This document shows positions 1-13,300 of a stretch of 64,000 nt of DNA, one piece after another. A program made the position numbers and the translations under genes. The stretch is from Camelus dromedarius (taxonomy: Eukaryota): the NCBI RefSeq assembly GCF_036321535.1, contig NC_087436.1:84074001-84138000 (forward strand), read 5' to 3'. Each line of letters opens with the position of its first letter. Position 1 is the stretch's first letter. Under the pieces are notes generated by a model. That model worked only from the letters and a program-made list of their open reading frames with translations. It had not been told where the DNA came from and ran no database searches.

Positions 1-156
1 TTAAACTACTCTGGATGATGCCTCTCTTTAAAGTACTGAATTTCTAAACACAAGCTGCTTTTTTGTATAGTGCATATATGTGTTTGTCTGTGACCCAAAT
101 ATACCTAGCAGAACTCTAAAAAGGAGTTCTGCTACATTCGGATTTCTCCCGCTACT

Positions 157-404
157 TTTTTTTTTTTTTTTACTATTATTATTTTTTAATAGACTTTATT
201 CTTTTAGATCAGTTTCAGGTTCACAACAAAATTGAGTAGAAAATACAGAGTTTGCACATAGCGAACCCCATCCACACATATATACTCCCCTACCCTCAAC
301 ATCCCTCATCAGTGTGGCATATTTGGTACAATTGATGAACCAACATGGGCACGTTATTATCAACCGAAGTCCATAGTTTACATTAGGGTTCACTCTTGAT
401 GTAC
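157..404 (-). mobile_element. 5'-truncated retroposon with an L1MC-like 3' end, poly(A) tail and TSD
   Basis: Poly-T at ~155-171; TSD ccgctact at 149-156 and 407-414; TT/AAAA target on the minus strand; ~90% identical to 48271-48492 by manual alignment. Confidence 0.85.
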
Positions 405-559
405 TTCCGCTACTATTTTTAACTGAGACCAGATGGCATTTCTTATTTGGAGTCTAGTTGAGAGAGCAACTTAGCAGTTAGCATATGAAAGAATTGGCAG
501 AAAAGCAGTTTTTCCAAAATACATTGGCTTAAATGAGATAGAATTAAGTGGCTTTGCTT

Positions 560-870
560 CATGAAGTCACCTCAGGACCCAACAGGGGGAGCACTCCATG
601 GCTTCCATCTCTGGCTCCACGGTGGTTGCTCAAGTTGTCATGTTTTGCAGCAAGTGGAAAGAGGAGAAGAGAATGAAGAGCACACAGCTCCCCTGTTTAA
701 AAGAAGGGGGAAGCTGGAAGTTGCAGACATGACATCATCCATTGGTCAAGAGTTACATGGCCACAAGCCCCACAGGGAAGCTAGGGGAGTGGAGGGAAAT
801 GAGGATTTCAGATTTTTATTAAGAAGGGGCGAATAGATGATGGAGAACAATTAGAAGTTTACCTTACATA
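560..870. mobile_element. Degraded MaLR LTR (MLT1-like) fragment
   Basis: Motif catccattggtcaagagttacatggccac...gggaagctaggg resembles old MLT1 LTRs; boundaries approximate. Confidence 0.4.
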
Positions 871-1013
871 ATCTAAAAGTACCTGAAAATCTTAAGACAA
901 AAAAGGATTCAAGTTACATCTTCCTGAAATCTGAAGTCTATTCTCCAAGTATCAGAACACTAACCATTTTATCAACATTTGCCTGTAAACATGGCATAAC
1001 GTTACGTCAGTCA

Positions 1014-1089
1014 GAAAATTGTGCTCTACACTGGAATTTGACACAACATTGTAAAATGATTATAAATCAATAAAAATTGTTAAAAAAAA
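1014..1089 (+). mobile_element. Very short 3' end of young L1 with TSD
   Basis: Near-identical to the L1 tail at ~54720-54795; TSD gttac(g/a)tcagtca at 1001-1013 and 1090-1102. Confidence 0.9.
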
Positions 1090-4000
1090 GTTACATCAGT
1101 CACAAATCTTTTCATTTAGATACTCCTAGTTGAGTAAGTGGCACTATACCGTGGTACAATGAACAATTAATGAGTCAAGTCCCAGATCTCATTGTTGAGA
1201 TAAATGCTTATAAAGTAAACTGGCCTGAAACGCAGATCCAGAAGCAACCTGTAGACTCAGGTTTAGCATGAACTGCTTGACAGTCCCTTGTTCTCTGTCA
1301 CTGTGTACACTCTGGCCTCACTCAGTCACTCATCTTAGAATAAAGGGTTAATATTTTCATATGCAACTTGTGAAAACTTTGTAGATCTCACTTCCATCAT
1401 GTTTCAAGGTGAAGACTATTGGTATCTTGGGGAAGGTAGTTCTTTGTGTATAAATTACATGTAAGTTTCTAGTATTCTTCATCCCTAGACACTAAATGCC
1501 AGTAGCAACTCTCCTGCCCCATCCCTCATTGCGACAATTGAGACATATCCCTGAAGTTTCCATACCCACCCTCTATAATCGGTGGCCTCCTAAGTAGGGA
1601 AAATTCACTGGTAGTTGATATATAGTTGTTTATTTTGGACAGAAATACCATTATTTTTACAAATTAAAATTGTGGCCATTATATTTCTATCTTCTGTTTA
1701 CTGGAGCTTAGACCTAAATCTTTAGATTAAAATGAAGAAAATAAGGTAAACTTGGCATTTATGGAGAAATTCAGAACCCAAAAACGAATGTTGTCTCTAC
1801 TCTGATAACTTATTAATATGTATATTAGAAGGCAAATCAGTTCTCCTTCCTTATCTTATCCTTAGGCTTTTTGGCCTCTTGACTAGCAAAAATTCAGTTT
1901 TTAAACATTCATAATTTATATTCTTAAAACTCTTTTACCTCTAAAATTTAATGGCTTTGTTTTATAAAGCTTGACTGAAGCATATCTAAAAATGTTCCAA
2001 GGTATATTGCTAGGAATTTCAAATAGTGCAATTTACTAAGTAAGTTTCAGTTTTCCTGGTTATATTAATGTCTTTGGGTTTTAATTTTCTCATCTATAAA
2101 ATGAGGGAATAACACTAGATATTTCTCAATCCTAATGTTTCATGATTCTCAGCAAAAACAGGCAAGAAAGCCAGGTAAAGGGTGGTTACAGTACCTCAGA
2201 CCGAAGAAGACTCTCTGTGCATAGACAGTGGAGAACCACCACTAGGATCTGCTATTAATTTACTCCACATTGGGCCAACCTAATGCAGCCCAGGATCGGG
2301 GCTGGTCTATCCAACTGGTCAACAGTGGATTTTGCAGTAAGAAAGTTTTTTTTTTACTGTGTTGGTTTCTAACCTTAAGTAAGTTTATGGATACTTCTTA
2401 ATCCATTAATCTTAGTTTGAAGACTGCGCTTGATCCCTATCATTTACACTATGGCAGCAGGAATTACTAAAGTGGAGAAATTAATGGCAATGTGTCAGCA
2501 CAGCCCCCTCACTGCCACAAAACAGAGGTTGTTTTGAGGGGCTAGAAAACCATTAAGCAAGTTTATAATAGTTTGTTTACTTGGATCTGCACCCTTGTGG
2601 TGTTCAGAATGTCACTGCTTTTGTATTCGTGATACATAAAGTAAGATTCATCAAAGGGCTTTTTGACTTCTGTGACATTAAATGCAGTTTTATTCATAAA
2701 AGTTCCATCATATCTCTTTCCCTCTCTTTAAAACAGCATTTTCTTCAACATTAGAGACAAAGTGAAGTTTAACATAGATCTTGTATTTTTTATCACTACA
2801 AAAGGCGAGCCCTACCAATCATTAGGCCTTACCTGCGTAGTTCCCCAGAGTCTAAATTTGTTTATGTTACTTGTGACACTTCCCATGATAACCAAGAAGT
2901 GGAGTACAGATGCAATCATGTGTGCTTGTGTTTCCTGATCATTCAGACACTTCTTGCAAAATGGAGATCAAGGTGAGTTTCCTACAGATGACTAACTTGG
3001 AGCTCCAGCTGTGCCAGACATGGCAGAGTGGTTACTGCTCCACTGCATAGGCACCCAGCACTCAAGCTAAGGTGAGCTGTTTTGTAGACCAGCCTCTGAT
3101 CATTTACCCTGGCTTCCCTCCCACTTGGCTCTGTCTCGTGGAACAATACAATCATTTCCACTCCTTCTCAGACTGTTCCATTTTCTCTTGGCTGCTCTCC
3201 TCTTCCCAGGGGGATTGTTTTCTCACAACTGTCAAAGAGTAATGTTTAAACAATAAAAAACAAGACTTCAGACTCATGTGAATTGAACAGATAGCACCTC
3301 TACTTGCTCTTAATGTCTCTGTCATGTTGTCTGCCCATTGATATCCTGTAGTGGCTGGGAAACAGCTGAAGATTAATATTCCAACACCATGTAGGAATGA
3401 TGCCTCACTTTTTCCCTTCATGTCAAAGACCATCAATAGTCTCTCATTTAGTACCAGAGTTTCATGATCTAAACACTCCTAAGTCTAGAGCATACTTAAT
3501 ATACCCATCACTTGGATCTCAGGTTCCTGTTTTTCAGAAGCTTCCTTTCAGTTATTGGATAATTCTCAGAATTTACCTTCTGAGTAATCACCTAGTGGAT
3601 GAGTTTCTTTGGTCTCAATAGTCTCACTGGTAGGTGCAATAGGTATGATATTAATCACAGACACTGTCAGTATCTCTGATCAGTAGTGTTGGTAAATTTG
3701 AGAAAACTGAGGCCACACACTCAAAAAAGACACGCATGTACTAGAGACCACATCATCAGGTGATTTTGAAAGTGAGTGACTGCTAAGATCTCTTCTATGT
3801 TTTCAGTAAGCGCCTGGAAAATAGCAGGTAATCATTGCATGAGTGAATGAATTAGAACAAGGGAGGTTTTTGTTTGGTTGGTTTTTACCTTCCCTGAAAA
3901 ACAGCAAGAAAGCAGACTTAATTTGCTTAGTAACACTGACACCTTTCTCAAGTTTTTTCCTTTCCTGCCTAAAGGAAAGTATCTCAGGATAATTGTATTT

Positions 4001-4094
4001 CAGAATATTCATGGCTGCTGTAATCATACGGTAGCCCATATACCTTCTTTTTATTCCTTTACTTTCTTATAATAGTAGCTAGCCCTATTTGGCA

Positions 4095-4270
4095 GGTACA
4101 AGGGGCTGGGCACTGTTTTAAGCACTTTACATGTGTTACCTGAATCCTTAGAACAACCCCATGCAGGAGGTACATATGTTACTACTTCTATTTAGAGATG
4201 AGGAAGCCAAGGCACAAGTAACTTGCCCAGCATCACGCAACTAATGAGCAACAGAGCTTGATTCAAACAG
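4095..4270. mobile_element. MIR SINE fragment
   Basis: ggcactgttttaagcactttacatg...gatgaggaagccaaggcacaagtaacttgcccagcatcac core motif. Confidence 0.7.
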
Positions 4271-5097
4271 ACACAAGCCCCAGCACCCTGTGGGGCTGTT
4301 TAATTATACAGTAAAACTGACCGTTTTTTCTTTTCAATGTACAGTTTTATGAGTTTTAACATACGTATAGGTTCATTGAATAACAACCACAATCACAATG
4401 CAAAACGGTTCCACCAACACCCAGGTTTTCAACCACCGCACAATACTTCCTCTGTATACCAGAGCCCCTCCCAAGTCTAAAGGAAGGAACTTTTCAGCCT
4501 TACGAGGGAAACGTGTTATTTCAGAAAAGAAAGGCAACCTACTTTGAAGACCTGCAGAGGTAATGACACAATGTCCTTGGAGACACTGTCACTGCCTCTT
4601 AGTTCCCTTTCTAGCTTCCTTTGAATTCCCTCATATACAATTCCAGCCTGAGAATATTTCTCAAAGCCAGTATGTACGTGTGTGTACATGTGTGCGTGTG
4701 TCTGATGTGCTACATCCTTGCTGTCTTACTCCAGCAATGCTGCCCAAACCTAAACTAGGGTCCCAGGGTAATTTCCATGCTGTCTTACCATCTTAGGTAG
4801 TTTTAAATCAAATAAACCTGCTTTCATGGCCAGCTGGGAGTCTTTTCACATTGCTGGTGAGCTTTGCCAAGTACCACGGACAGATCACAGCATGGGTGGA
4901 GATCCTGACCCACAAAATTCTGATTAAGAAAATAGGAAATTACATACACAGTAAATTTGAAATGCAAACATCCAAAGAATTACACCATTAAACTATCTGA
5001 AAAAAGCTGTGATTCAAAATCCTGGCCCTATTAAGCGACAGAAAAACTGGAGGTCCCTATTTATTCACAAATCAAATAGCTTCAAAAACCAAATTTG

Positions 5098-5410
5098 AGA
5101 CTCGCAGACATAGTAAACAATCTTATGGTTACCAGGGGGAAAAGGGGGTGGGAAGGGATAAATTTGGGGGTTAAATAAAGATTTGCAAATATTAACTACT
5201 ATATATAGAAATAGATTTTAAAAAAACCAAGTTTCTTCTGTATAGCACAGGGAACTATACTCAGTATCTTATAATAACATTTAGTGAAAAAGTATATAAA
5301 AATGAATTGAATATATGTGTATGTATGACTGGGACATTATGCTGTACACCAGAGATTGACACATTGTACCTGACTATACTTCAATTAAAAATATATAAAT
5401 AAATAAAATA
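5098..5410 (+). mobile_element. L1 3'UTR fragment (older subfamily)
   Basis: gactcgcagacatag..tatggttaccagggg..ctgtatagcacagggaactatac..gactatacttcaattaaaa followed by an A-rich tail. Confidence 0.85.
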
Positions 5411-5954
5411 GGGGGAAAAAATTTGGCGTGGACTTGTTTAAATGACTTGCCTTTTCTACTTGTATAGGAGTCCTCTTGTTTCCCGTTCCTTTTTGTATCT
5501 TACTTTCACTAAAATGGGATCCTGTTTGCCCAGTTAAAATCTTTTCAGTTATCTCTGTTTTCCTCAGCAATTAACGTCAGGCCTAAAATGATTCCTTAGA
5601 AACTCTGGTTAAATATTCAACAGGAAGGAAAATTAGAAAAATGGGTACTACTTTCCCTAAAATATCAGACAGAAGATGTATTTTATTGAAACACTAGCTA
5701 AAGAAAGTTATCTTTTTCTGTGCACAAGTAAGGCTATTAGGGAGAGGGAATTCTGAGGAATGTGTTGAAGATTTGTAACATGGGAATGTGGATGAGACTG
5801 TTCAACAAAGGAAAACAATGCTTAATGGTCCCATGCACCCACAAACTCCCCTGTTCAGCATGGCTTCAGTCTCTTCTACGTGTAGTTGCTCATTTGTCAA
5901 TTGGAAATGCTTTTTTTAACTAGATTGAGGGCATAATTAGGTTTGTAGCCACAT

Positions 5955-6372
5955 CTACTGCTGAGTAATTAACCACCCCAAAACTTAGTGGCTTGAGCTT
6001 ACATTTGCTCCCACCCTTTAGTTTGGCAGTTTGATCTGGGGGTTCTTCTGCTCTATGGGGACATGCATTTGCATACCTCACTCCATGTCAGGAACTTCAG
6101 CTGGGATGTTCTTAGAGCTGGGAAACCTGGGTCTGTTTCCCTGGGTCACTCTCACCTATGATCTCCTCCTAAAGTAGGCCAGTTCAGGCTTGTGCACAAG
6201 GTGATCGCGCTCAGAAAGAGCATGAGAGTAGACACTGCAATGCCTCTGGAGAGTGGAGCTCAGAAATCACGCAGTGTCACTCTGCTGCACTGTATTGGTC
6301 AAAGAAAGTCGCAACAGCAGCACACATTCAAGCTGACTGCAAAGAATCTGTGGCCACTTTTGTCCACCACAA
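5955..6372. mobile_element. MaLR LTR (MLT1-like)
   Basis: aaccaccccaaaacttagtggctt at the start; gtcactctgctgcactgtattggtcaaag; ends ..tccaccaca. Confidence 0.65.
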
Positions 6373-8591
6373 GGTCTCAGCATGTTCATCACCTTGAGGA
6401 AGATGCAAAATAACATGCTATGTGTTCTGACCCATATGAAGAGACTCCACTGTCTATTTATCAAATGAGAAAATTGATGCCGACTTCAATTTATTTCAAG
6501 AGTCAAGATACATAGAGCAGCTACATGACTGCAGAAACAAGGGAGCATCAAGCTGTTGAATTTTGATTTTATCATACATCTTTTAGGAATGGTTTGTTCT
6601 TAACTGTGTATGTCTTACACTTACATATTTAAAATGAGAAAAAACCCATTCAGATGCAAATCTAGGCTATCTCCTCTCCCATCCAAACAACCCTCAAGGA
6701 GTACTCAGACTAGCAGAAAGCTACCTCGGGAAGTCAGTTACCTGCATGGTCTTGTTAGAGGAGGTAGTGTGAACACAGGTATGAAGGACCTTAACATCTC
6801 TAAATAGCATCCTATCACTCTCCAAGGAGAAAGGAGGTTTTAGACAGAATCCAAACTGACAACACTGAGGCCCTACAAACCCTTCCTTTTCCTGATTCTA
6901 CAACCAAGGGGAGGGGCGGAGTGACCTGGGATGGAAAAGTCCCTCTCCTCACATTGGCCACCTATCAGCATTTCTCCATCTCTGATGCCAAACAAGCAGA
7001 CAGAAACCCACATGGGCACGTTTGTTGCTCTTACCACTTCCTGCTGTCTAGAGTGGACAGCCTGTTGCTGTGTGTCTCCACCACTCCTAGTGGATTCTGG
7101 GAGACCGGGAGACAGGTACCTGCTGCCAAGGGTCTGCAACTTGAGTGACATTCTAATAAACAGATTAGATGGGATAAATATCAGGGTGTACAATACAGCA
7201 GGCTCACAGGGCCCAAGAACCAAGGATGTTTTAAAGTAAATCCAGTTCTTACCTTTAAATGATGATACGTTCTGACGTTTTTAAATAGCTACCCACATAA
7301 TGAATATCACGGTGTATCTAAAAATGCCAGCTTATGCTTTATGTCAGAACCAGGCATAAATGGAATCAGGGAACAACTGTTTTACACTAGTTTTCTTTCA
7401 CCTCAAAAAGGTAAAATTAATCTGACTACTGGTGGTAAGCTTCTTATGGTCTTTAGTAAATATAAACTAGCTAGATGTTACAATATAGAGGGGGGCCTGT
7501 TTAAAGAGTGCCCTCTATATCATGTTAATGTAATTAATACATTAACTTAGGCTGAAATCCCTTTGACCACCATCCTAATTGCTTCTTGTATTTATTACAG
7601 CACACATTTCCCCACATAACATTCTTCACTTACTCTGAAAGGCACTGTGATGCAGACCTGCCACTTCCTACTTGTGTGACATCAGGCAATTTGTCTGTAG
7701 GAAGCAAAGTGGGAATAACAATCTACTTCTTCGGGATGTTGACAGGATTAAGCGTTAATGTGATGTGCTTAGAAGAGTGCCTGGTACTTACAAAAGGATT
7801 ACTAACTGAAGGTCCTATGCTTGTTACTGGGCAAACTTGCCTGTCAGTATCTTTAAGCTGTGCTATATTTCATCAGAAAAATCTCTGTTATTCCATGCAA
7901 GTAAAACTCCTGCTGGATTCTCCACACTGGTCCACCAGACATGGCTAATTCCAGCAACCATTACAGCTTATGCTCTAGCAGGGACTTCTGTCTCATTAAA
8001 TTGTAATCCCCTAATATACCAACATGTGGATAATTAATTCCCCTCAGTAATGTTAGCTGAGTGCCATGGGGCTAATCCCTACCCTATCAATGCTGAATGT
8101 TAAATGAACATGTTGTTCATCATTTAAGCAACACTAAATTAAACATCTTGAATATATACATCTTCTATGTCAAAAAAAAAAAAAAAAAAAACCTTCAACA
8201 TAAAGAGTACAAGACCTGATTACTACAGCAAATCTGAAACAACTTCTATCTTAAGAACACAAGCATAAACATAACTGTAAGGTTATCAGGTATTATGGGT
8301 CCCCTGAACCACTCACTTCACATGGTGTCCACTCTCAAAGTAATTCCAGAATGTTAACCAATTTTGGCAATAATTAAAGTGATTAAATCATATATATCCA
8401 TACAATGAAACATTATGCAATAGTTATAAAGAATGGGAAAGGTCCTAAATACTGACAAAGATCTCCAAATTCTACTCATTGCAGAATGTCAATAATTCCA
8501 GTTATGTAAAAAGCATAGAAATCAAGCATTAATACCATACACATAAGGAGGTAAAGAGTTAGTATCAAGCAATTAACAGTAGTTAATTCTC

Positions 8592-9400
8592 TAGCCATCA
8601 TTCAAGAGTCCATAAATAACAAATGCTGGAGAGGCTGTGGAGAAAAGGGAACCCTACTACACTGCTGGTGGGAATGCAGTTTAGTGCAGCCACTGTGGAA
8701 AACAGTATGGAGATTCCTCAAAAGACTAGGAATAGACTTACCGTATGACCCAGGAATCCCGCTCCTGGGCATTTATCCAGAAGGAACCCTACTTCAAAAA
8801 GACACCCGCACTCCAATGTTCATAGCAGCACTATTTGCAATAGCCAAGAAATGGAAACAGCCTAAATGTCCATTGACAGATGACTGGATAAAGAAGAGGT
8901 GGTATATTTATACAATGGAATACAATTCAGCCATAAAAAATGACAACATTACGCCAATTGCAGCAACATGGATGTGACTGAAGAATGTCATTCTAAGTGA
9001 AGTAAGCCAGAAAGAGAAAGAAAAATACCGTATCATATGAGATCGCTCATATGTGGAATCTAAAAAAAAAAGAACATGAATACAAGAGAAACAGACTCAC
9101 AGACATAGAATACAAACTTGTGGTTGCCAAGGGGGTGGGGGGTGGGAAGGGATAGATTGGGATTTCAAAATTTGTAGAGACTGACAGGCATATGTAGAAT
9201 AGATAAACAAGATTATATTGTATAGCACAGGGAAATATATACAAGATCTTGTGGTAGCTCACAGTGAAAAAAAATGTGACAATGAATATATGTATGTTCA
9301 TGTATAACTGAAAAATTGTGCTCTACACTGGAATTTGGCACAACATTGTAAAATGACTATGACTATAACTCAATAAAAAAAAATGTTTTAAAAAAATGTT
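8592..9400 (+). mobile_element. 5'-truncated young L1 (ORF2 C-terminus and 3'UTR)
   Basis: ORF 8684-8977 [31 protein letters not shown] is the L1 ORF2p C-terminal region; same family as 52579-54797. Confidence 0.95.
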
Positions 9401-9659
9401 AAAGGGAACTGTGATTGGGAAGGAATTACTATAGGTTGCTTCTTCCCTACCTCCACCCTCACCTTCCAGGAAGATTATAGGAAGACAGGTTTTGGACTAC
9501 TACCTACTGGATTGCTACCCCAAACAAGGATTACCACAACCTTTCTATCTACTGTGGGTTATCTAGGGTAAAAGACTTCAAAAATTAACACACCTGAAAT
9601 TCCAGCCAAATAAACTTGATGTCCTGGATACGTGATGTACCAATAATAAACAAAGGCAT

Positions 9660-12600
9660 AAAATGCTTTTTAACACTTTATTTCAACATAACTATACTTA
9701 CAATACACTCATACTGGTTAATAGAATGCAATTTAACTTATCCTACACAATTTGGACCAAAAACTTGGTACATGGTTTGCTTTAAAAAAAAAAAAAAACC
9801 GATCTGCAATCTGGTTTATTTTTCATCTATTATAAATGTATAACTCCATCAAATGCTGCTAAAGCAAACAGCAAGAACCTTGAGAAATTAACCTTTGGTT
9901 TGTCTCTGAAACATAACATGTATTGCACTGTAGAAGCTTATAAAACTGGTGCAACAAAACATTATAACGTTTCAATGCCAGCTTACAAAGTTCAATAAAC
10001 TAATGGATGCTGAGGAGTGGGAAGAGCCTATGTATATATACGAAAATGTAAAATCTATCCAATCTAGTTAATATTGCATGTAGATCACAAATCTACACAA
10101 ACCAAGATTCAGATAATTTCTTAAATCTGAATAACACTATCAGTCCAGTTTATCTGCTGAGGTCAACAAGGTAACTGCACAATAGCTGTTTTCCTGATAT
10201 GTGCAAAAAAAGAAAATGAAGTTCCTTCCAGCTTTTCAGTCAAGAACTGAAACTACAGGAAAGGTATTACTTCCATTGTCAACATTCATGGGGTGATACG
10301 TGATGACTTAAGCTTAAATCTGAATTAGCATTCATATGCAAAATAGTCCCCAGAGTTAAAGACCACTTGACTTTAGAAGTGACTCTATAAAGTAAAATGG
10401 CCCTTCTTGGAAGACTAGAGTAAAACACTGAACCATAGTTGTAAAAAAACCGTAACAAAAAATGCAGCCCTATGTGAATTACACCTCAATTTACCAAAAA
10501 AAAAAAAAAAAAAAAAGCAGTCCCATAGAAGCAGCCCTGAAAAGAGGAAAAATATAACTTAAAATATCTTGAAAAACCAATGTGAATACAGGTTCAGAAG
10601 ACAGTTAAAATTGATATTTTTATATGGCTACCTAGGATGAGGCTTATAATGTATTCTAAGTATTTCAACTTTCTCTCTAGTACTAATCATTAATTTACAA
10701 ATAACGTGTTTAGTTTTTATTCCTTTATCAAAAGGGAAAATTCTAGCTTCAATCCTATCCAGAAGGGGAAACTGAAAAAACAAAAAGATTCAAACAGTCC
10801 CATGCAAATACCACATTTTTCAAATGAACTCCCAACTAGACCAGAAGTTCATATTACTAACATAATTTTCACTGAAACAATTTTTAATAAGTACAAATAC
10901 ATGGCATTAAGGTTCAGAACTTAATATAGGCCTGACAATCAAATCCTTATTTTCTGGAATCAAGGACTCAAGTCCACTCAATTTCCAGTAACAATATTTT
11001 CACGGATCACTTTAATAAAGGGTTGTAATTTCCTTCATACTTCTGCTTTGGGCATTCTAGTCTTAAAATCTAGATAAGAAAATTGGTCCAATTCCTCAGA
11101 AATCAAATCTTTTTCTTTTAAAGTATCAACAAATCCACAAAAACCTATTCCCCAAACTGATCTCCAATCTATAATTTGTACTTAGCATGAATCTTTTCAT
11201 ATATACTGTAAAAAGTAACTTACACAAAATGTACCCATGAACATTAAAACTAGTTGTTAGAAAGATTTAACTAGACTTATAATTTAAGATTTAAAACATA
11301 AATATTTGCAGCTTGATTTTATGTTGACAATGATTGTCGGAGCTGAGAATTCACCCAGAGTTCAACATCATTTACAAATCTCCATCATGCACACAAAACA
11401 CACAAGCAAAATACAACTTACTCCTCATGTCTTGAGGGAATCTTCCGCTTCTTTAAATCTTTGGCCTCCCAATTCCAAATTCAAATGCCTTTTAGCTTAA
11501 ACTTCAAACTTTCAGATTTTTAACAAGTTTTCCACCCACACTTCAATACTTTTCCTACTTTCATGTTGCATTGCCAAACTCTGAATCCTGCCTCAGAGAT
11601 CACCAGACAAAAGAAAATAAATGAAATACAGAGTGGTTATTTCAGAATACAACATGGGAGGATCTAAACTGTTCAAGGTTCCCTACTGGGATCATACTTT
11701 ATTGGATTACAATGAATAACTGCTATCAACAAGAAAAATTCTTTGTTAGACTCCTTCATAGTCTTTGATGACTGGCTAAAGAACCTACCAACAAAGCCTG
11801 GGAGTACATATTCCTCCATACAAAGTGTCCCCATAGGAACACCACAACAGCTGCAATTCACTGAGGCCTCACCTGGAAAAAAGGCGGTCACAGGAACAGC
11901 CAGGACACCCACAAGTAGGTGGAGATCCCTGAGAAGTGTGATTTTTAATCTGGACTGTACTTAAGTTTCACCAGCCTTTTTCATTGTATTCATAGGAAGA
12001 TGCAGCTGGTCTACCAGCACTCACACTACCTTTCTTATCCTAGGTTTTCCATATAATTGCTATGGCTTTGGAATCTCACAAACATATTCTGTATAACCTG
12101 AAAGAGTAATTACGTCTCCTAATTCCAGGTTTGTATTTCCAAATATCATTTACAGTTCTTTATTCAGCTGAGTAGACAAATAAACACCAACCATCTGTGA
12201 AAAAAGATTTTCCTCAAGGATATAACCTAACAACTGTACATGTAGGAAGCAGCTATACTAAAACAGGCCAAAATTTTTTACTGATGGTTGGTATTTGGGA
12301 TAAAAATCCATTCCACATAGAGCCTAGTGGTTCATTTATTGTAAAGTTCAAACAGAGCTGTGAATTCACAACATCCACTTAAAATAAATAACTTACATGA
12401 AATGCAGATTCTGGCATAGATGTGAATATCAGAATCAATGAATTGAACCTGCATGTTTCATTTGCTCACAAATTTGCACACACTAATAATCTGGAAAAAA
12501 AGAAAGTTGCAGCAAAGAAAAACAAAACAGAACATAACAAAAAACCTGCCCTTTTGCAAACAAGATTAAAAGCATCCCTCCAAAGAGGAAAAAAAATACA

Positions 12601-13300
12601 GGCAAATACATGTATAAAGTATTACTGTTCAACACAAATGCTATTTCTACAAAAAATGTAACTGCATAGATTTTTTAAATGTGCAACGTATTAAGCCATT
12701 AAAGCACCAAAATTAAAAAACACACCAAAATCAATGTTTTTTATGATGATTAACATATACACAAATAAGTACGTTTGATCAAAACTCAAGAAGTAAATAC
12801 CTGGACTGATACAATGTCCATTGTTGGGAGAATTTCTCTTCAATTTAAATGTCTCTTCTCATCACTAAAACAATTTTAAAGTGCTAACTTTATATAAAGC
12901 AGGCAAATACTCAAATTGCTTGAGTATGCCAATTTTTATAGAGCTAAACAAGGAACTAAGAATAAACAAAGTGAAAGAGGAAGACAGACATGGGAAAAAA
13001 ACTGAGAAGTTGTATCTGGGCAAAGCAATAGAATATGTAGTATCACCTGGGCCTTACTGGTTCAATTAAATGCATAAGCTAACAGATTTAGGTATCTGCT
13101 GGTTTAGCACACTAACTCCCTTGGATTTACTAAAATTTACATATCAGTAGGTATACGGAGTCCTAAGAGTGCCATTTAAAACTCAAGATTGAACACTTAT
13201 TAAAGCAATTTTAAAAACAAAAAGTTGTCTGCAACTACAAATGAAGATAAAATGTCATAGACCTTACAAATTAAGAACTGAAGCTTTCTCCAAAGTTTAA
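9660..13300 (-). other. REST: REST 3'UTR (~3.6 kb)
   Basis: AU-rich region with no recognisable interspersed repeats, running from the stop codon to the poly(A) signal; L1 sequence resumes below ~9400. Confidence 0.75.
9677..9682 (-). terminator. REST: Probable distal poly(A) signal (AATAAA) of REST
   Basis: tttatt on the plus strand; the minus strand continues into a U/GU-rich downstream element (tatgcctttgtttattattg, 9660-9641). A second AATAAA lies at 9815-9820. Confidence 0.7.

Noticed and set aside
6873..7239. Three overlapping ORFs near a GC box (ggggcggag) and a CCAAT-like motif
   Set aside because: No CpG island and no protein similarity; isolated motifs are insufficient to call a promoter.
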